Assembly: GCA_012295275.1 (NCBI GenBank)
Contig: CM022665.1
Coordinates: forward strand, 19,530,001-19,594,000
Direction: 5' to 3'
Origin: Chrysomallon squamiferum
Taxonomy: Eukaryota; Animalia; Mollusca
Length of the DNA stretch: 64,000 nucleotides
Under the pieces are notes generated by a model. It had not been told where the DNA came from. It saw only the letters and a program-made list of their open reading frames with translations, and made no database searches. The position numbers and the translations under genes are program-made. Position 1 is the stretch's first letter, and the number at the start of each line of letters is the position of its first letter. This document shows positions 60,594 to 64,000 of the stretch, one piece after another.

Positions 60594-61595
60594 CTCTTGA
60601 ATAATATTTTGTCAGTTCAAACATAGCATAAAATATATATACATATATATATATATGTGGTGGGGTTGTTTCTAAATTAAAAAATTGTTTTGACTGACCA
60701 TTTAATTATGAACTGTCAGCAATTGTTAAATGTGATATTATCTGCAGACTATGTTAATTCTGACATAAAATCATTATCTCAAATATTATTCATGCACTGT
60801 CTTTTTATGTGTAATTATGAATTGTTTTTGTAAGCAGGACTTCACCCACAACCAATAACTTAATGTCAATAAGCAAAAGCAACAACCTTCTTTTTTTTTT
60901 TAGGTTCATTTTGAAGAACACTTTTGTATAGAAAAACTGAATAATAGATTTCACATTTTCATGAACATTATTTCTTGAAGAAATACAGAGCTGGTCATAT
61001 GGCATACTATAGGCAATGATAAAGTTCACAATAAAGTTTCGTTTTCATTAATTTCATTATAAGGTGAAATATAAAAAATAATAAAATTTACAGATACCAA
61101 AACAAACTTTCCAGCTATTGAAAAATACATAGAACTGGTTCATGGATTTGATTTTATGTCTACCATGATTTTGGGGCCTTGCTATATGCATGTTTGTATG
61201 CATTTGGTCATATATGTATGCACTATTTACCTCTGTAAGTTATGTATGCAGTGTGTATATTTGGTAGATAGGCATATATGGAAGTTTTTTGGTTTTTTTT
61301 CTTTTTCAAGCAGAATAGATTTGTTGTAATTTAAATTAAAGAGTAAGAAATTATTTGTCTTTTTAGTGGCTGGGTGTTACATTCAAATATGTGTGAGGTT
61401 ATTTTTGTGTGAATAGCCAAGTATCTCACTGATTTGTCAAAGAATAACTCAACATACTTTTACTAATTATTTTGACATTTGACATTTTTATGTAGTATCA
61501 TTTAGTAGTTGACATTTTAACCATTGACAGATTATAAAAAATGAAATGATTCTCCTTAATGCTGCATATGAATTCCAGATTAATAAGATGTTAAA

Positions 61596-61626
<31 letters not shown>

Positions 61627-62472
61627 AGAAAAATACCCTTAAGAACTTTAAATTAGTATTGAAATACAAATTAGCAAAAATAGAAATTTTTTTTTTTTTT
61701 TAAATTAGTAAATATTTCCCATTTGTACTCCTACTATCTTAGGCAGTCTGAGTTTTATAAATGGTTTTTTTTGTTTTTGTTTTTTTTTAATAATAATTTT
61801 TCCTTTTTTTCTTTTTTTAAATTTGTTAATTTTTAAAACAAATTACCTTGATTAATAACAACAGTTAGTAAAAAAATATTTTTAAAAATGTATTTATTAT
61901 AAGCATAATTATTGAATGTTTGATTTTGATAGTTAATAAAAACTGCTGTTATTTATAAGCTAAGAACAGTTTCTTTAATGTATGTATGTATGCACATTCA
62001 TATATATGTATGCATTTAAGATCTTATAAGACCAGGACAAGTTTTTCATAACTTCTGCAGTACATGGGGCAGCCTACAAAATATATTTTTATCTGACTGA
62101 CAGTCGCACATTCCTTGGCCAATTTACAAAAACTTGCAAGCACCAGATATCTAGAAAGTGAAAAAGAGACCTGGCCTAGATTCATAGGCAAAAAGTGTGA
62201 CTTCAAAAACAAATGTGTTATTCACTGGAAAATAGCTTTACCGCATAACACTGGGATAACATTACATATTCTTTCCCAGCCAGGCTTCTGTGCTTTTATT
62301 TATTCAGGGACCTGTTGAGTTTGATTTCATTGATAACCAGAAGAATGACTTAAGTAAATTAGTAGCTTTTGTATATATTAATAACAATAATAATAATAAG
62401 TAAAGTCCAAATAAAAATACAGATATATATTATGTTAATTTTTATGTTATATGAGTATTCAAGATTCAAAAA

Positions 62473-62519
<47 letters not shown>

Positions 62520-64000
62520 TATAAATGATTATTATTGCCTTTTTTCTAATTAACATCATACCATACATTTTTTTCAGAATAAAACAAAAACAGTAAAATA
62601 ATTTAGCACAGAAATATTCATAGTAATCACTTTATTTCATATTATCAGTATATTGTAAGTAAAAACACATAATAAAAAAAATTGTGTAACAAATAGCAAA
62701 AACAAATAATACATAAGCAAAGGTTTGGGTTTTTTAAATGTATTTATATATACGTTTAAAATTTTTTATTGGTGGCAATAATAATGCTTTATTTAAAAAA
62801 ACAGATATGCCATACTGTTTCATATTTGCGTAAGTAAATGGCTGCATAGAATTAACCAGCTTTAGGAAACCTGTGGCTGGAAGCATTAATCAGAAGTCCA
62901 GTATTTGAGACACACACACACACACACACACACACAATTATATAAAATGCATTAAAGAAAATAGTAAAGATTAAATATCAGTTAGATAATATCTAATGCA
63001 GCAAATGTTTCTGATAATACTTCCCCAAGATAAATACATTTTTAATTTAATATTTGTTTGGTCAACAAATGACAGACAGAATTAATCTTTTGGTGCTGAG
63101 TTTATATGAACCTTGTATCATTTTGAGCAGGTTGTTCTTTTAAAATTGTTAATAAAATTAAATTTCTGCACAAAATGGTCAGAAATTAAAATATTTTCTA
63201 CACGGATCTTAGTGATATTCTGCAGACAACCAGCAAAGGAAATGGAATTTCAACAGTATTGTCACAGATTGTTTAAAAATTCTTGACTTTTGACATTTTT
63301 GGTATAATCAGTAAACTTTGGCTTTTTTCCAGTAAAAGAGATCCTAGAAAGAGAAAAAGAAATAACCATGAACTGAAGTCTTGTATTATTAACATAGAGT
63401 ATAATAAAGTTATGATTTATACAAAAACACTCTTTGTTGAAGCTAGTTTAATATAATATAAGTTTTTGAAGAAAATGTTATTGTTTGTTTTTTCTTTCAA
63501 TAACTTAAGTAAGCCGAGTTCAGGTCTATTTTTCCTAAGCTTGATATTCCATCAACTTTCAGTAGAAACCTATGTATATTAATGGGTTGAAATTAATTTC
63601 CATAAAAAGTAGACTTTATAAAAAAAATGTCAAAACACTTGAACTGTTAGCAATTTTCAATTAATTGTTGTGATCTTTTACTGTTGTAGTCATTATGTTG
63701 CTTGTTCAGTTGAGACTTTAAACTCAAAATTTATATTTTAATTAGGGATCCCTTCAATTATGCTTTTATTCCTGAATTTATCTGTTATTTTTATTCAGAT
63801 AGACTCAAATTAAAAAAATTAAATATAGTCTTATTGATAAATTGTTTGCTGATACAAAATAAAACTATTACTACCAAATAATAATATAATTTTAATAGTA
63901 ATTTGAAATCAAATTGAATATTGACAGATAGTTTCTGTAGATTAGTCACAGTTAACATAATTTTCTTTTCATATTAACTTTTACCTCTTGTCATCTAATA

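Larger units (their letters stand above)
59068..60890 (-). mobile_element. AAAATGGCAC-repeat element, copy 2 (inverted, with internal insertions)
   Basis: Starts GGGTGTAGGAAAAAAATGG with several AAAATGGCAC-like repeats. 59140-59450 is the reverse complement of about 32560-32860, and 60602-60890 of about 32080-32363. Confidence 0.75.

Overview
AT-rich, intron-rich animal genomic DNA (invertebrate-like; the species cannot be determined from the sequence). It contains four protein-coding genes in two compact head-to-head pairs. Pair 1: the first coding exon of NDUFB4 (-) diverges from a complete 8-exon WDR92/DNAAF10 gene (+, 354 aa). Pair 2: a complete 9-exon GOPC/PIST/CAL gene (-, 452 aa), convergent with WDR92, diverges from the first two exons of a signal-peptide, Cys-patterned gene whose N-terminus resembles ROS1/sevenless. 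Introns carry DNA-transposon relics (pogo/Tigger, Merlin-like, hAT-like, MULE-like, TTAA-flanked) and microsatellites. The most notable observations are a possible ancient GOPC-ROS1 linkage, a candidate 30-nt GOPC microexon at the junction of the vertebrate neuronal nPIST insert, a strong-Kozak uORF, and a nested transposon whose empty site is in the same window. I found no prokaryotic-type system, CRISPR array or RNA gene. Gene identities come from recalled protein sequences, not from database searches.
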